A DNA stretch of 64,000 nt from an uncultured Acidobacteriota bacterium (GCA_963836075.1 CAWIIB010000001.1:96001-160000), one strand, 5' to 3'. Positions 20,828 to 31,859 are shown, counted from the stretch's first letter. Made by a program: numbers and translations. The notes: generated by a model from the sequence alone, not told the origin.

Positions 20828-22063
20828 GTGCGATACGAACTCTTCATCGCCCTGCGCTACCTCAAGGCGAGGCGCAAGCAGACCTTCGTCTCTGTGATCA
20901 CCGGGATTTCCATGCTCGGTGTGATCGTCGGGGTCACCGCGCTGGTCATCGCCCTGGCCCTGGCTGCCGGGTTCCGCCAGGATTTCCGGGACAAGATTCT
21001 CGGCGCCGAAGCCCACATCTACATCTACGGGTTCTCTTCGGCCGGGGGCATCACCGACACCGCAGGACTGGTTCGCCGCGCCGAAGCGCAGGACAATGTC
21101 CACGCTGCCGCCCCGATGGCCTGGGGCGTGGGGCTGGTATCCAGCGGACTGGACAACCGTTTCGTCCGGATCAAGGGCGTGGATCCCGCCTCGAATATCC
21201 GCCAGGTGGTGGATTTCAGCAGCTACCTGGTGTCCGGAATGCTGGAAGACCTCCAGCCGGCGGCCGGCCGGCGGCCGGGGATCATCCTCGGCCAGGGGCT
21301 GGCCAGAGTGCTCGGTTCCGGCGTGGGGGACACGGTGCGGGTTCTGACCCAGAACGGGTCCCTCTCTCCGCTGGGTCTCCTGCCCCGCCCCCGCTCCTTC
21401 CGGGTGGCCGGCATCTTTTCTTCGGGTATGTCGGACTACGACGACCAGTGGGCCTTTGTCTCGCTGGCTGAGGCACGGCGGCTGCTGTCGCTGGAAGCCG
21501 GGGCCAGCGTGGTGCTGGTGCGGGTGGAGGACGTGGGCCGGCTGGAACAGACCCGGGAGGACCTTGCCGGGGAACTGGGACAGGGATACCTGGTCAAGGA
21601 CATCCTCACCGAGAACCGTCCGCTCTTTTCGGCGCTGAAAGTGGAGAAGTTGATGACCTTCATCACCATCGGCCTGATCGTGATGGTGGCCGCCCTCAAT
21701 ATTGTCTCCAGCCTGGTGATGATGGTGATGGAGAAGACGCGGGACATTGCCGTGCTGCGGTCCATGGGGGCCACCCGGGGGGCGATCACCAGGATCTTCA
21801 TCTACCAGGGCAGCATCGTCGGGATTGCGGGGACCCTGGTGGGCTGCGCCGCGGGGTTCGTCTCGGCCCGGCTGCTCGACAGTTGGCAATTGATCCGCCT
21901 CGATCCCCGGGTCTACTACATTGACTATGTGCCCTTCCGTATCATGCCCCTCGATTTCACCCTGGTGGCCGTCACGGCGGTGTTGATCAGTTTCCTGGCC
22001 ACCCTCTACCCGGCCTGGCAGGCGGCTCGCCTGGAACCGGCGGAGGCGCTGCGCTATGAGTGA
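20828..22063 (+). CDS. lolC: lipoprotein-releasing ABC transporter permease (LolC/E)
   Basis: [49 protein letters not shown]. Confidence 0.92.
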   Translation: MRYELFIALRYLKARRKQTFVSVITGISMLGVIVGVTALVIALALAAGFRQDFRDKILGAEAHIYIYGFSSAGGITDTAGLVRRAEAQDNVHAAAPMAWGVGLVSSGLDNRFVRIKGVDPASNIRQVVDFSSYLVSGMLEDLQPAAGRRPGIILGQGLARVLGSGVGDTVRVLTQNGSLSPLGLLPRPRSFRVAGIFSSGMSDYDDQWAFVSLAEARRLLSLEAGASVVLVRVEDVGRLEQTREDLAGELGQGYLVKDILTENRPLFSALKVEKLMTFITIGLIVMVAALNIVSSLVMMVMEKTRDIAVLRSMGATRGAITRIFIYQGSIVGIAGTLVGCAAGFVSARLLDSWQLIRLDPRVYYIDYVPFRIMPLDFTLVAVTAVLISFLATLYPAWQAARLEPAEALRYE

Positions 22064-22766
22064 TTCGGCGGACAGCCGGACGCCGCTGCTGGAGTGCCGC
22101 CGGCTGCACAAGTCGTTCACCCTCGGCTCCGGCGGGCGGGTGGACGTTCTCTGCGGCCTGGACCTGCAGGTGCCCCGGGGGGAGATCCTGGCCATCACCG
22201 GTGCTTCCGGGGTGGGCAAGAGCACCCTGCTCCACGTCCTGGGGGCGCTGGAGCCGCCCGATTCGGGAACTATCCATTTTCAGGGTGAAGACCTCTATGC
22301 CCGGGGGCGGAACGGCCTGGCCGGTTTTCGCAACCGGCGGATCGGTTTTATCTTCCAGTTCCACCACCTGCTGCCCGAGTTCTCCGCCCTGGAAAACGCG
22401 ATGATGCCCGCGCTGATCGCCGGGGAGCCGCGCGGCCGTGCCGCTGAACGGGCGCGGGAACTGCTGCAAGCCGTCGAGCTGGGCCACCGGCTGGGACAAC
22501 GGCCGGGCAAGCTGTCCGGCGGCGAACAGCAGCGGGTGGCCATCGCCCGGGCACTGGTGATGAACCCTGACCTGGTGCTGGCTGACGAGCCCACGGGAAA
22601 CCTCGACTCGGGCAGCAGCCGCAATGTTCACGGGATCTTCCACCGGCTCCAGGCGGACCGCGGATTCACGGCTGTCCTGGCCACCCACAACCCCGAATTG
22701 GCCGCGGCCGCCGACCGGGTGCTGCGCATGGAGGAGGGGCTGCTGCACCAACCGGCGGAGCCGTGA
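22056..22766 (+). CDS. lolD: lipoprotein-releasing ABC transporter ATPase
   Basis: [27 protein letters not shown] (LolD motif), [17 protein letters not shown]. Confidence 0.92.
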   Translation: MSDSADSRTPLLECRRLHKSFTLGSGGRVDVLCGLDLQVPRGEILAITGASGVGKSTLLHVLGALEPPDSGTIHFQGEDLYARGRNGLAGFRNRRIGFIFQFHHLLPEFSALENAMMPALIAGEPRGRAAERARELLQAVELGHRLGQRPGKLSGGEQQRVAIARALVMNPDLVLADEPTGNLDSGSSRNVHGIFHRLQADRGFTAVLATHNPELAAAADRVLRMEEGLLHQPAEP

Positions 22767-22807
22767 TCCGTCCTCTACCGGCCCGTTGTGTCCTCTGCTT
22801 GCCACAC

Positions 22808-22836
22808 TTGCTGAAACCCGCGTTTCGTTGCATAAT
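22808..22836 (+). promoter_or_regulatory. possible sigma70 promoter of clpC-bamA
   Basis: TTGCTG-17 bp-CATAAT. Confidence 0.4.
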
Positions 22837-22886
22837 CAGGGAGTGGAATATGGTCAACGAACAGGAACCGGAAGTAGGAAGACCTG

Positions 22887-25334
22887 ATGTTCGAACGATA
22901 CACTGAAAGAGCGCGGCGGGTTCTGTTTTTCGCCCGTTACGAGGCGAGCCAGATGGGCAGCCGGAACATTGCTCCGGAACACCTGCTCCTCGGCCTGATC
23001 CGTGAGGGCGAGGAGATCACCCGCCAGCTGTTCCAGCGGGCCCGGGTGGAGATGGAAGCGGTGAAGAGCGAGATCGAATCGCGCTCGGAGATCCAGGAGA
23101 AGATCTCCACCTCGGTGGAAATACCGCTGAGCCAGGAGACGAAAAAGGTGCTGCACTATGCCTCGGAAGAGGCCGAAGCGCTGATGCACAAGTATGTGGG
23201 CAGCGAGCACCTGCTGCTGGGGCTGCTGCGGGAAAAGGGTTCTCTGGCCGGGCAGATCCTGGCCGAGAAGGGGATGAAGGTCTTTTCGGTGCGCGAGGAC
23301 GCGCTGCTGCTGCAGAAGGAGAAGGGCCAGACCATCCGCAAGAAGAAGAAGGAACTGCCCTTCCTTACCGAATTCTCCCGGGACCTCACCGCCCTGGCCG
23401 GGCAGGACGTGTTCGACCCGCTGATCGGCCGGGACAAGGAACTGGAGCGGATCGTCCAGATTCTCTGCCGCCGGCACAAGAACAACCCGATCCTGCTGGG
23501 CGAAGCCGGGGTGGGGAAGACGGCCATCGTCGAGGGGCTGGCCCAGCGGATCAACAAGAGCAAAGTTCCGGTCACCCTGAGCAACCGCCGGTTGTTCGCC
23601 CTCGACCTGTCGCTGATCGTGGCCGGCACCAAGTATCGCGGCCAGTTCGAGGAGCGGCTGAAATCCATACTCAACGAGCTGACGGAAAACAAGAACATCA
23701 TCATCTTCATCGATGAGATCCACACCCTGGTGGGGGCCGGGTCGGCCGAGGGCAGTCTCGACGCGGCGAACATTCTCAAGCCGGTGCTGGCCCGGGGCGA
23801 GGTGCAGTGCATCGGCTCCACCACCCCGCGGGAATACCGCCGCTACATCGAGAAGGACCGTTCCCTGCTGCGCCGTTTCCAGTCGGTGAACGTCTCCCAG
23901 CCCAACGAGGACGAAGCGCTGGACATCCTCCACGGCATCCGCGAGCGTTACGAGCAGTTCCACAATGTCCGCTACGAGGATGATGCGCTCCGCTCCTCGG
24001 TCTACCAGTCGAACCGCTACATCAGTGACCGCTTTCTTCCCGACAAGGCCATCGACGTGCTGGACGAGGCCGGGTCGCTGGTCAAACTGCGCGATGGCGA
24101 CAGCACCCTCGACGTGCGCGAGATGGAAGGCCGGATCTCCAAGTCCATCGAGCAGATGAAGGAGGCGATCTCCAAGAAGGATTTCGAGACGGCCGCCCGC
24201 TTCCGCGAAGAGGAACTGACGCTGCAGAAGCAGATGAAGGGGCTCAAGGAACGCTGGGCCGAGGAGGATCGCGGCGAACAGTTGCTGGTGACCAAGGAGG
24301 AGATCCTGGAGGTCATCTCCAACTGGACCGGCATTCCGGTCTCCTCCATCCGCAAGGAGGAGAGCGAGAAACTGCTCAACATGGAAGACGGCCTGCACGA
24401 GCGGATCGTGGGGCAGGACGAGGCGATCAGCGCCCTCTCCCGGGCGATCCGCCGGTCCCGCGCCGGCCTGAAGAGCCCGGCCCGGCCGGTGGGCTCCTTC
24501 ATCTTCCTCGGGCCCACCGGGGTGGGCAAGACCGAGGTGGCCCGCTCCCTGGCCGAGTTCCTCTTCGGCAGCGAGCGTTCGCTGATCCGCTTCGACATGT
24601 CGGAGTACATGGAACGGCACTCGGTGGCCAAGCTGATCGGATCGCCGCCCGGCTACGTGGGCTACGAAGAGGGCGGGTTGCTCACCGAACGGGTCAAGCG
24701 CAATCCGTATTCGGTGGTCTTGCTGGATGAGATCGAAAAGGCCCACCCGCAGGTCTACAATATCCTGCTCCAGGTCTTCGACGACGGCCAGATCACCGAC
24801 GCCTTCGGCAACCTGATTGATTTCAAGAACACCCTGGTGCTGATGACCTCCAACATCGGCGCGCGGATCATCCAGAAGCAGGGCCGGATGGGCTTCCGCT
24901 CAGCGGAGGCGGGGGCCGTATCCCGCGATATCCGCGAGCGGGTGATGGCCGAGGTGAAAAAGGAGTTCAATCCCGAGTTTCTCAACCGGCTGGACGACGT
25001 GATCGTTTTTGATCCGCTCACCGACGAAGACCTGCTGGCCATCTGCCGGATGATGATCCGTCTGTTGAACGAGACCATGGGGGAATCGAATATCACCCTC
25101 GCCATTTCCACCGAGGCCTGCCGCTGGCTGGTCAATGAGACCTGCCACGAAAAGATTTACGGGGCCCGTCCGCTGCGGCGGGGGATCCAGAAATTTATCG
25201 AGGACCCGCTGTCCGAGTGGATGCTCTCCCGGACGACCGACGACATCTCGGGAGAGATCACGGTTGACCTGAAGGACAACCGCATTGTTTTCCACCAGGC
25301 CCGGACCGGAGAAATGATCAACGTCACATCCTAA
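22887..25334 (+). CDS. clpC: ATP-dependent Clp protease ATPase subunit (ClpC-like)
   Basis: MFERYTERARRV N-domain, two Walker A motifs (GEAGVGKT, GPTGVGKT), UVR-like DFETAARFR, MGF ClpP-docking loop. Confidence 0.93.
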   Translation: MFERYTERARRVLFFARYEASQMGSRNIAPEHLLLGLIREGEEITRQLFQRARVEMEAVKSEIESRSEIQEKISTSVEIPLSQETKKVLHYASEEAEALMHKYVGSEHLLLGLLREKGSLAGQILAEKGMKVFSVREDALLLQKEKGQTIRKKKKELPFLTEFSRDLTALAGQDVFDPLIGRDKELERIVQILCRRHKNNPILLGEAGVGKTAIVEGLAQRINKSKVPVTLSNRRLFALDLSLIVAGTKYRGQFEERLKSILNELTENKNIIIFIDEIHTLVGAGSAEGSLDAANILKPVLARGEVQCIGSTTPREYRRYIEKDRSLLRRFQSVNVSQPNEDEALDILHGIRERYEQFHNVRYEDDALRSSVYQSNRYISDRFLPDKAIDVLDEAGSLVKLRDGDSTLDVREMEGRISKSIEQMKEAISKKDFETAARFREEELTLQKQMKGLKERWAEEDRGEQLLVTKEEILEVISNWTGIPVSSIRKEESEKLLNMEDGLHERIVGQDEAISALSRAIRRSRAGLKSPARPVGSFIFLGPTGVGKTEVARSLAEFLFGSERSLIRFDMSEYMERHSVAKLIGSPPGYVGYEEGGLLTERVKRNPYSVVLLDEIEKAHPQVYNILLQVFDDGQITDAFGNLIDFKNTLVLMTSNIGARIIQKQGRMGFRSAEAGAVSRDIRERVMAEVKKEFNPEFLNRLDDVIVFDPLTDEDLLAICRMMIRLLNETMGESNITLAISTEACRWLVNETCHEKIYGARPLRRGIQKFIEDPLSEWMLSRTTDDISGEITVDLKDNRIVFHQARTGEMINVTS

Positions 25335-25346
25335 CGGGAATCCCCG

Positions 25347-27749
25347 ATGACCCTTTCCCAGTGTAGCGCCAAACGTTCCGACGGACGTCGTTTGTACCTG
25401 CCGGCTCTCCTGCTCCTCCAGCTGCTGCTCTTCCCGCTGCCCGTCCGGGCGCAGACCGATGGCCCGCTGATCGAGTCCATCGAGGTGCGCAACAACTACG
25501 AGGTCCAGGAGCAGGTGGTTACCTATCCCCTGCGGCTGAAGGTCGGCGACGCATACGACGAGCGGATCCTGCAGGAGGATTTCCGCAAAATCATGGATAC
25601 CGGCTTCTTCGATCGTGTGCGGCTCCACGTGCATGACGGCGAGACCGGGAAACGGCTGGTCTTCTGGGTCCAGGAGCGACCGGTGGTGAAGAGTGTCGAC
25701 TACCGCGGGTTCAAGAAGTCGCTCTCCAAGTCCAACATCGAGGAACAGCTGCAGGACGAAGGCCTCGAACTGAAGATCAACTCCCGTCTTGATTACAGCC
25801 TGATCGAGAAGATCCGCAGCGGCATCAAGGACCTGCTCTACGAGAAGGGATTTGAAAACGCCACGGTGGGCGTGGACATTCAAACGGTTTCACCGGTGGC
25901 CCGGGCGGTCTACTTCAACATCACCGAGGGGAGCAAGGTCAAGATTGGCGATGTGAAATTCACCGGCAACACGCTCTTTTCCCAGCGGCGGCTGCGCTGG
26001 AAGATGAAAAAGACATCGCGCACCTGGCTGTTTTCCTTCCTGACCCAGCACAACATCTACAGCCAGGCCAGCTACGACGAGGACATCCAGAACGTGCTCA
26101 ACCTCTACCGCGAGCGCGGATACGCCAAGGCCCGGGCCGGCGAGCCGGTGATCGAGAGCATCAACGTGGCCCGCGAGGGCAAGGACCCCAAGAACAGGCT
26201 CTTCATCACCATCCCCCTGGAGGAGGGTGAGCAGTACCGGATCAACTCCATCGCCGTGGAGGGCAACGAGCTGTTCACCGACGATGAGATCCTGTCCACC
26301 ATCAAACTGTTGCCGGGAGACGTCTTCAACCAGACCGAGATCCGGGAGGCCCTGGAGGGCATCGACACCGGGTACGGTGTCCGGGGTTTCATTTTTGCCT
26401 ACACCGACCCGATGGTCACCTACGACGACAACGCCCTGACCGCGGACCTGACCCTGCGGATCCGGGAGGGGGAGAAGTTCTTCCTCCGCCGGTTGGAGTT
26501 CGAAGGCAACAGCTCAACCCGGGACAAGGTGCTGCGCCGCGAGGTGCGGATGCGAGAGGGTGACGTGTTCAACGAGGAGGCGTTCAAGAACAGCCTGCTC
26601 AAGGTCAACCAGCTGGGCTATTTCACCCTGCTGGAAGAGCCGAACAACCCCGAGGTGATCCCCTCCATGGAGGGCAACGAGGTGGACGTGATCATCAAGG
26701 GGGAGGAGACCAACCGCAACCAGCTTGAAGTGGGCGGCGGGGTCAGCGGCCTGGAGGGCGCTTTCGGCCGGCTGATGTTCTCCACCCGCAACTTCCTCGG
26801 CCGTGGCGCCACCCTCAGCGCCGAAGCGCTGATCGGCACCAGGGCCGACCGTTATTCCATCAGTTACACCGAGCCGTATATCTTCGACCGGCCCTACATC
26901 TTCGGCGCCGAACTGTACAAGCGGAACTACATTTATTACGACCAGTATCAGGACCGGACCGGCGCCGGCACCCGCTTCGGTATGTCGTTGGGCTATTTCT
27001 CCCGAATCATGCTCCGTTATTCGTACGAACTGATCGACGTCGAGTACCGTCCGGGTCCACTGCTGCCCTGGGAACCGCCTCAGCTGGGTGAACCGCTGCC
27101 CCCATATTTTGACTACAGCTCCCTCTACGAAGAGGGGCGAACCGTCATTTCCAGCATCATGCCCTCCTATACCTACTCCACCATCGACAACCCGTTCCGG
27201 CCGTCCCGGGGCCGCGAGCTGCAACTCTCGCTGCAGATCGCCGGCGGGCCTTTCGGCGGTGAAAAGTCGTTCTACAAGCCGATTGCGCGGTTCGCCCAGT
27301 ATTTCAAGGCCTTCAAGCGGACCTTCTTCGCGTTCAATACCGCGGCGACCTACATCAAGGAATACAACAACAGCGACATCCCCGGCTTCGAGCGGCTGTT
27401 CCTCGGCGGAGAGATGACGATACGCGGCACGGAAATCCGTACCGTCGGCCCGGTCAGCCCCACCGGGGTGTTCATCGGCGGGACATCATCGATGCTCTTC
27501 AACCTCGAGTACCACATCCCGATCAAGGAAACGCCGGTGGAGGGGCTGCTCTTTTTTGATGCCGGCAACTCTTTTCTCGAGGAAGACGCGTTCGACTTCA
27601 AGAACCTGGTTTACTCCTACGGTGTGGAGGTTCGGGTCTACCTGCCCATTTTCCCCTACCCGCTCCGTTTCATCTACTCGTTCCTGCCCGATCCACCGCC
27701 GCGGAATTCCTCCACCGACTTCCAGTTTTCCATCGGGTCGACCTTTTGA
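25347..27749 (+). CDS. bamA: outer membrane protein assembly factor BamA
   Basis: Signal peptide, POTRA repeats (GNSSTRDKVLRRE), NFLGRG barrel start, C-terminal FQFSIGSTF. Confidence 0.93.
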   Translation: MTLSQCSAKRSDGRRLYLPALLLLQLLLFPLPVRAQTDGPLIESIEVRNNYEVQEQVVTYPLRLKVGDAYDERILQEDFRKIMDTGFFDRVRLHVHDGETGKRLVFWVQERPVVKSVDYRGFKKSLSKSNIEEQLQDEGLELKINSRLDYSLIEKIRSGIKDLLYEKGFENATVGVDIQTVSPVARAVYFNITEGSKVKIGDVKFTGNTLFSQRRLRWKMKKTSRTWLFSFLTQHNIYSQASYDEDIQNVLNLYRERGYAKARAGEPVIESINVAREGKDPKNRLFITIPLEEGEQYRINSIAVEGNELFTDDEILSTIKLLPGDVFNQTEIREALEGIDTGYGVRGFIFAYTDPMVTYDDNALTADLTLRIREGEKFFLRRLEFEGNSSTRDKVLRREVRMREGDVFNEEAFKNSLLKVNQLGYFTLLEEPNNPEVIPSMEGNEVDVIIKGEETNRNQLEVGGGVSGLEGAFGRLMFSTRNFLGRGATLSAEALIGTRADRYSISYTEPYIFDRPYIFGAELYKRNYIYYDQYQDRTGAGTRFGMSLGYFSRIMLRYSYELIDVEYRPGPLLPWEPPQLGEPLPPYFDYSSLYEEGRTVISSIMPSYTYSTIDNPFRPSRGRELQLSLQIAGGPFGGEKSFYKPIARFAQYFKAFKRTFFAFNTAATYIKEYNNSDIPGFERLFLGGEMTIRGTEIRTVGPVSPTGVFIGGTSSMLFNLEYHIPIKETPVEGLLFFDAGNSFLEEDAFDFKNLVYSYGVEVRVYLPIFPYPLRFIYSFLPDPPPRNSSTDFQFSIGSTF

Positions 27750-27867
27750 CCGCCGGCGCGCCGCGCATCGGATGGCCGGCCCGGGTCGGGGGGGGTGGAC
27801 GGATGAGGCGCATTTTGATAGAAAAGTCATTCCTCTTCATCAAACCGTCTTGCAAAGGAGAGTCTTC

Positions 27868-28446
27868 ATGGTCCACGCAGCAAAACATCTCAATCCCCTC
27901 CTGATCATCGGGCTTGCCCTTTGCCTGCTCTGGTCGATCTCTCCCGCCGCCGCCCAGGAGCAGGCTCCGGTAAAAATCGGTGTCCTCGACCTCCAGGGGG
28001 TGATGGAGAATTCGGTTCAGGGGAAGCGGTTCCAGGCGGAGATGGAAAAGCTCACTGCCGGGAAGCAGCAGGAAATCTCGTCTCGAGAAGAAAAGATCCA
28101 GGGCATCCAGCGCGAACTGGACGCCGGGGCCAACGTGCTCAGCGATCAGGCCAAGCGGGAAAAACAGGAAGAGGCCGAGCGGCTGATCATCGAACTGCGC
28201 CGTTATCGCGACGATGCCGAGCGGGAACTGGAGAGCCGCTACCGCCGGATGCTGGCCGACGTGGAAGAGAAGATCCTGCCCATCATCACCGCGTTCGGGG
28301 AGCAGAACAGCTACACCCTGATCCTGGCCCGGATGCAGAGCGGCCTGGTCTATGCATCGCGGACCACCGATGTCACCCCTGATATAGTCAAGCTCTTTGA
28401 CGAGGCGGTGACCGCGGCGGACGGGGCCGGACCGGTGGCCCAGTAA
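27868..28446 (+). CDS. skp: OmpH/Skp periplasmic chaperone
   Basis: Signal peptide, KIGVLDLQ, coiled coil, DVT..IVK; located between bamA and lpxD. Confidence 0.88.
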   Translation: MVHAAKHLNPLLIIGLALCLLWSISPAAAQEQAPVKIGVLDLQGVMENSVQGKRFQAEMEKLTAGKQQEISSREEKIQGIQRELDAGANVLSDQAKREKQEEAERLIIELRRYRDDAERELESRYRRMLADVEEKILPIITAFGEQNSYTLILARMQSGLVYASRTTDVTPDIVKLFDEAVTAADGAGPVAQ

Positions 28447-28487
28447 GGGAACAAGCCGTGAGGGCTGTTCCGCCACGAGGAGGCATT

Positions 28488-29543
28488 GTGTCCGAACAGC
28501 GCAGCCACGTACGGTTCACCCTGGGCCAGCTGGCGGAGCAGCTTGGCGGTCAGCTGGTGGGGGACAGCGAGCTGTGGCTCACCGGCATCCGGCCCCTGCA
28601 GGACGCCGGCCCCGGTGACCTCAGTTTCTTCACCAACCCCAAATACCGTCGACTGCTGGACAGCACGGCCGCGGGAGCGATCATCGTCCCTGAAGGTGTC
28701 CTGCCGCCGGGGAAAAACCTCATTGTCTGCGCCCACCCCTATTCGGCCTTTGCCCTGTCCCTCGAACTGTTCCACCCCCGTCCCGCCCCCGCGGAAACCG
28801 GCATTTCACCCCAGGCGCACGTGGCCGGCGACTGCCGGCTGGGGACGGGCGTCACGGTGATGCCCCTGGCCTTTGTCGGCCCCGGGTGCTCGCTGGGCGA
28901 CAGGGTGCTGATCATGCCCGGGGCCGTGCTGGCCGGCGAGGTGCAGGTGGGGGCTGAGACGGTGATCCACCCCAACGTCACCGTGGGCCAGGGAACGAAA
29001 ATCGGACGCCGGGTGGTGATCCACGGCGGGACGGTGCTGGGCAGCGACGGCTTCGGCTACGTGCCCGGCCCGGATGGGCGGCAACGTAAAATACCCCAGG
29101 TGGGGCGGGTGGTGGTGGAGGACGATGTCGAGATCGGCGCCAACGTCACCGTGGACCGCGCCACCCTGGGCGAGACACGGATCGGCCGGGGGACAAAAAT
29201 CGACAACCTGGTGCAGATCGCGCACAATGTCAGGGTGGGAGAGGACTCCATCCTGGTCTCCCAGGTGGGGATTTCGGGCAGCACACGACTGGGTGACCGG
29301 GTGACCATTGCCGGCCAGGCCGGGGTGGCCGGCCACATCGAGGTGGGCGACGGGGTCACCATCACGGCCCGGGCCGGGGTGACCAAGAGCGTTCGGGGGG
29401 CAGGTTTCTATTCCGGGTTTCCGCTGATGGAGCACCAACGGTGGCGCAAGGTTCACGCCGCCTACAGCAGGCTCCCCGAATTGCTGCAGAGACTGAAACG
29501 ACTGGAGAAGGCGGTGAAAAAATCCACCGGGACCGAGGAGTAG
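28488..29543 (+). CDS. lpxD: UDP-3-O-acylglucosamine N-acyltransferase
   Basis: Hexapeptide repeats, [25 protein letters not shown]. Confidence 0.95.
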   Translation: MSEQRSHVRFTLGQLAEQLGGQLVGDSELWLTGIRPLQDAGPGDLSFFTNPKYRRLLDSTAAGAIIVPEGVLPPGKNLIVCAHPYSAFALSLELFHPRPAPAETGISPQAHVAGDCRLGTGVTVMPLAFVGPGCSLGDRVLIMPGAVLAGEVQVGAETVIHPNVTVGQGTKIGRRVVIHGGTVLGSDGFGYVPGPDGRQRKIPQVGRVVVEDDVEIGANVTVDRATLGETRIGRGTKIDNLVQIAHNVRVGEDSILVSQVGISGSTRLGDRVTIAGQAGVAGHIEVGDGVTITARAGVTKSVRGAGFYSGFPLMEHQRWRKVHAAYSRLPELLQRLKRLEKAVKKSTGTEE

Positions 29544-29549
29544 CCATTG

Positions 29550-29984
29550 ATGACCATCGATTTTCGCGAAATACTGGAGATCATGCCGCACCGCTATCCG
29601 TTCCTCCTGGTGGACCGGATCCTGGAATGCGAGAAGGGGAAGCGGGTGGTGGGGATCAAGAACGTGACCTTCAACGAACCGTTCTTCCAGGGCCATTTCC
29701 CCGGGGCGCCGGTGATGCCCGGCGTGCTGATTCTCGAGGCCATGGGCCAGGTGGGGGCGGTGCTCCTGCTGCAGGCGGTGCCTGACCGGGAAAAGAAGTT
29801 GATCTACTTCGTCGGCATCGACGAGGCCCGGTTCCGGCAGCCGGTGGTGCCGGGCGACCAGCTCCGCTTCGAGCTTGAGGTGTTGCGGCAGAAACCGAAG
29901 ATCGCCAAGGTCAAGGGGCGCGCCTACGTCGAGGACAAGCTGGTGGCCGACGCGGTCCTGACATCCTTTATCGTCGACCGCTGA
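29550..29984 (+). CDS. fabZ: 3-hydroxyacyl-ACP dehydratase
   Basis: [30 protein letters not shown]. Confidence 0.96.
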   Translation: MTIDFREILEIMPHRYPFLLVDRILECEKGKRVVGIKNVTFNEPFFQGHFPGAPVMPGVLILEAMGQVGAVLLLQAVPDREKKLIYFVGIDEARFRQPVVPGDQLRFELEVLRQKPKIAKVKGRAYVEDKLVADAVLTSFIVDR

Positions 29985-29998
29985 GCGGAGGAGAGACA

Positions 29999-30772
29999 AT
30001 GATCATTCACCCCACGGCCGTCATCCACTCCACGGCGGAACTGGAAGAGGATGTCCGGGTCGGCCCGTATTGCGTGGTCGGCCAGAATGTGCACATCGGC
30101 TCCGGCAGCGAACTGGTCTCCCACGTGGTGGTGGGACGAGACACGCGGATCGGCGCCGGGAATCAGATCTACCCCTTCGCCTCCATCGGGTTTGCCCCGC
30201 AGGATCTCAAATACGACGGCGAGCCGACCAGGGTGGAGATGGGTGACCGCAACACCATCCGCGAGTATGTCACCGTCAACCGCGGCACCGCCGGCGGGGG
30301 CGGGGTCACCCGGCTGGGAGACGACAATTTCTTCATGGCTTACGCCCACGTGGCCCACGACAGCCTGGTGGGGAACCGGACCATTTTTGCCAATGCCGCG
30401 TCACTGGCCGGTCATGTGGAGGTCCAGGACGACGCCACGGTGGGTGCCTTTTCCGGGGTTCACCAGTTCTGCCGGGTGGGGGCCCACGGCTTCATCGGCG
30501 GCTATTCGGCGGCCAACAAGGACGTGCTGCCGTACTCGAGGACCGTGGGCAACCGGGCCAGGGCCTACGGCGCCAACACCATCGGCCTGCAGCGCAAGGG
30601 CATCAGCGAGGAGAGCATCGCCGCCATCACCAGGGCCTACCGCATTCTGCTCTCGTCCAAACTGAACACCTCGCAGGCTGTGGAGCGGATCAGGTCCGAG
30701 ATCACCGGGGTGCCCGAGGTGGACTACCTGGTGCGCTTTATCGAGGAATCGGAACGGGGCGTGGTCAAATAG
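29999..30772 (+). CDS. lpxA: acyl-ACP--UDP-N-acetylglucosamine O-acyltransferase
   Basis: IHPTAVI, PQDLKY, AHVAHD, LAGHV, HQFCRVG. Confidence 0.96.
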   Translation: MIIHPTAVIHSTAELEEDVRVGPYCVVGQNVHIGSGSELVSHVVVGRDTRIGAGNQIYPFASIGFAPQDLKYDGEPTRVEMGDRNTIREYVTVNRGTAGGGGVTRLGDDNFFMAYAHVAHDSLVGNRTIFANAASLAGHVEVQDDATVGAFSGVHQFCRVGAHGFIGGYSAANKDVLPYSRTVGNRARAYGANTIGLQRKGISEESIAAITRAYRILLSSKLNTSQAVERIRSEITGVPEVDYLVRFIEESERGVVK

Positions 30773-30808
30773 GTGCCGACCCGCCAGGGGACGGCAGGGG
30801 AGGGACCG

Positions 30809-31783
30809 ATGAGCGGCAGCCGGTTGAAGGCCGGAGTGATCGGCGTGGGCCACCTGGGCCGGATTCACGCCCGGATTTACAACGAACTGACCGACGTGGA
30901 CCTGGTGGGTGTGGCGGACAGCGACGGTGACGCGGCCGGGACAGTGGCCGGGGAGCTGGGTGTTGCGGCCTGCGGATCGGCCGCGGAACTGCTGGACCGC
31001 GGCCTCGACCTGGTCAGCCTGGCCACTCCCACCGTGTCCCACGTCGAACTGGGCGAGCAGGTGCTGGGCCGGGGCTGCCACCTGCTGGTGGAAAAACCGC
31101 TGGCCGTCGACCTTGTCGAGGCCGACCGGTTGATCGCGGCCGCCGCTGCCGCCGGAAAAATCCTCCAGGTCGGGCACCTGGAGCGGTTCAACCCCGCCTA
31201 CAGTTCGCTGAGCAGAAAACTTGCACAGCCGATGTTCATCGAGGCCCACCGTCTGGGTGTTTTCACCGCCCGGAGCATCGATGTTGACGTGGTGCTCGAC
31301 CTGATGATCCACGATCTCGACCTGGTGCTCTCCATGGACCAGTCCGGCCTGCGGCAGGTGGACGCCTCCGGGGTGGCGATTCTGACCCCCAAGGTGGACA
31401 TCGCCAGCGCCCGGCTGACCTTCAATTCCGGCTGCGTGGCCAACATCACCGCCAGCCGGGTCAGCGCCGACCGGGTGCGGAAATTCAGGATCTTCCAGCG
31501 GGATGCCTACTTCTCCCTCGACCTGCAGGAACAGACCGTCCAGCACGTCTATCTCTCCCTCGGCGGCGGGCTGCCGCAGATCGTGCGGGAGAACCTGGAG
31601 GTGGAAGGCACCCAGCCCCTGCAGGCGGAGATCCGCGGGTTCCTCGGCGCCGTACGGCATGGCGGGGCACCGCTGGTCAGCGGTGCCGACGGCCGAAACG
31701 CGTTGGAACTGGCACTGGTGGTCCAGGAAAAAATCGAATCCCACCTGAAATCCGCTGAAACCGGAGCTGCCCCTGCATCGTAG
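30809..31783 (+). CDS. Gfo/Idh/MocA oxidoreductase, GnnA-like
   Basis: GVIGVGHLG, LVEKP, GHLERFNPA, DVVLDLMIHD, ANITASRVS; immediately after lpxA. Confidence 0.85.
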   Translation: MSGSRLKAGVIGVGHLGRIHARIYNELTDVDLVGVADSDGDAAGTVAGELGVAACGSAAELLDRGLDLVSLATPTVSHVELGEQVLGRGCHLLVEKPLAVDLVEADRLIAAAAAAGKILQVGHLERFNPAYSSLSRKLAQPMFIEAHRLGVFTARSIDVDVVLDLMIHDLDLVLSMDQSGLRQVDASGVAILTPKVDIASARLTFNSGCVANITASRVSADRVRKFRIFQRDAYFSLDLQEQTVQHVYLSLGGGLPQIVRENLEVEGTQPLQAEIRGFLGAVRHGGAPLVSGADGRNALELALVVQEKIESHLKSAETGAAPAS

Positions 31784-31859
31784 AACAGTATGTGATACCC
31801 CGCGGCGGGCTGGCGTCACGGTTCCGCCGTTTGTGCGTTGCTCGAAAAAAGGAGATCCC

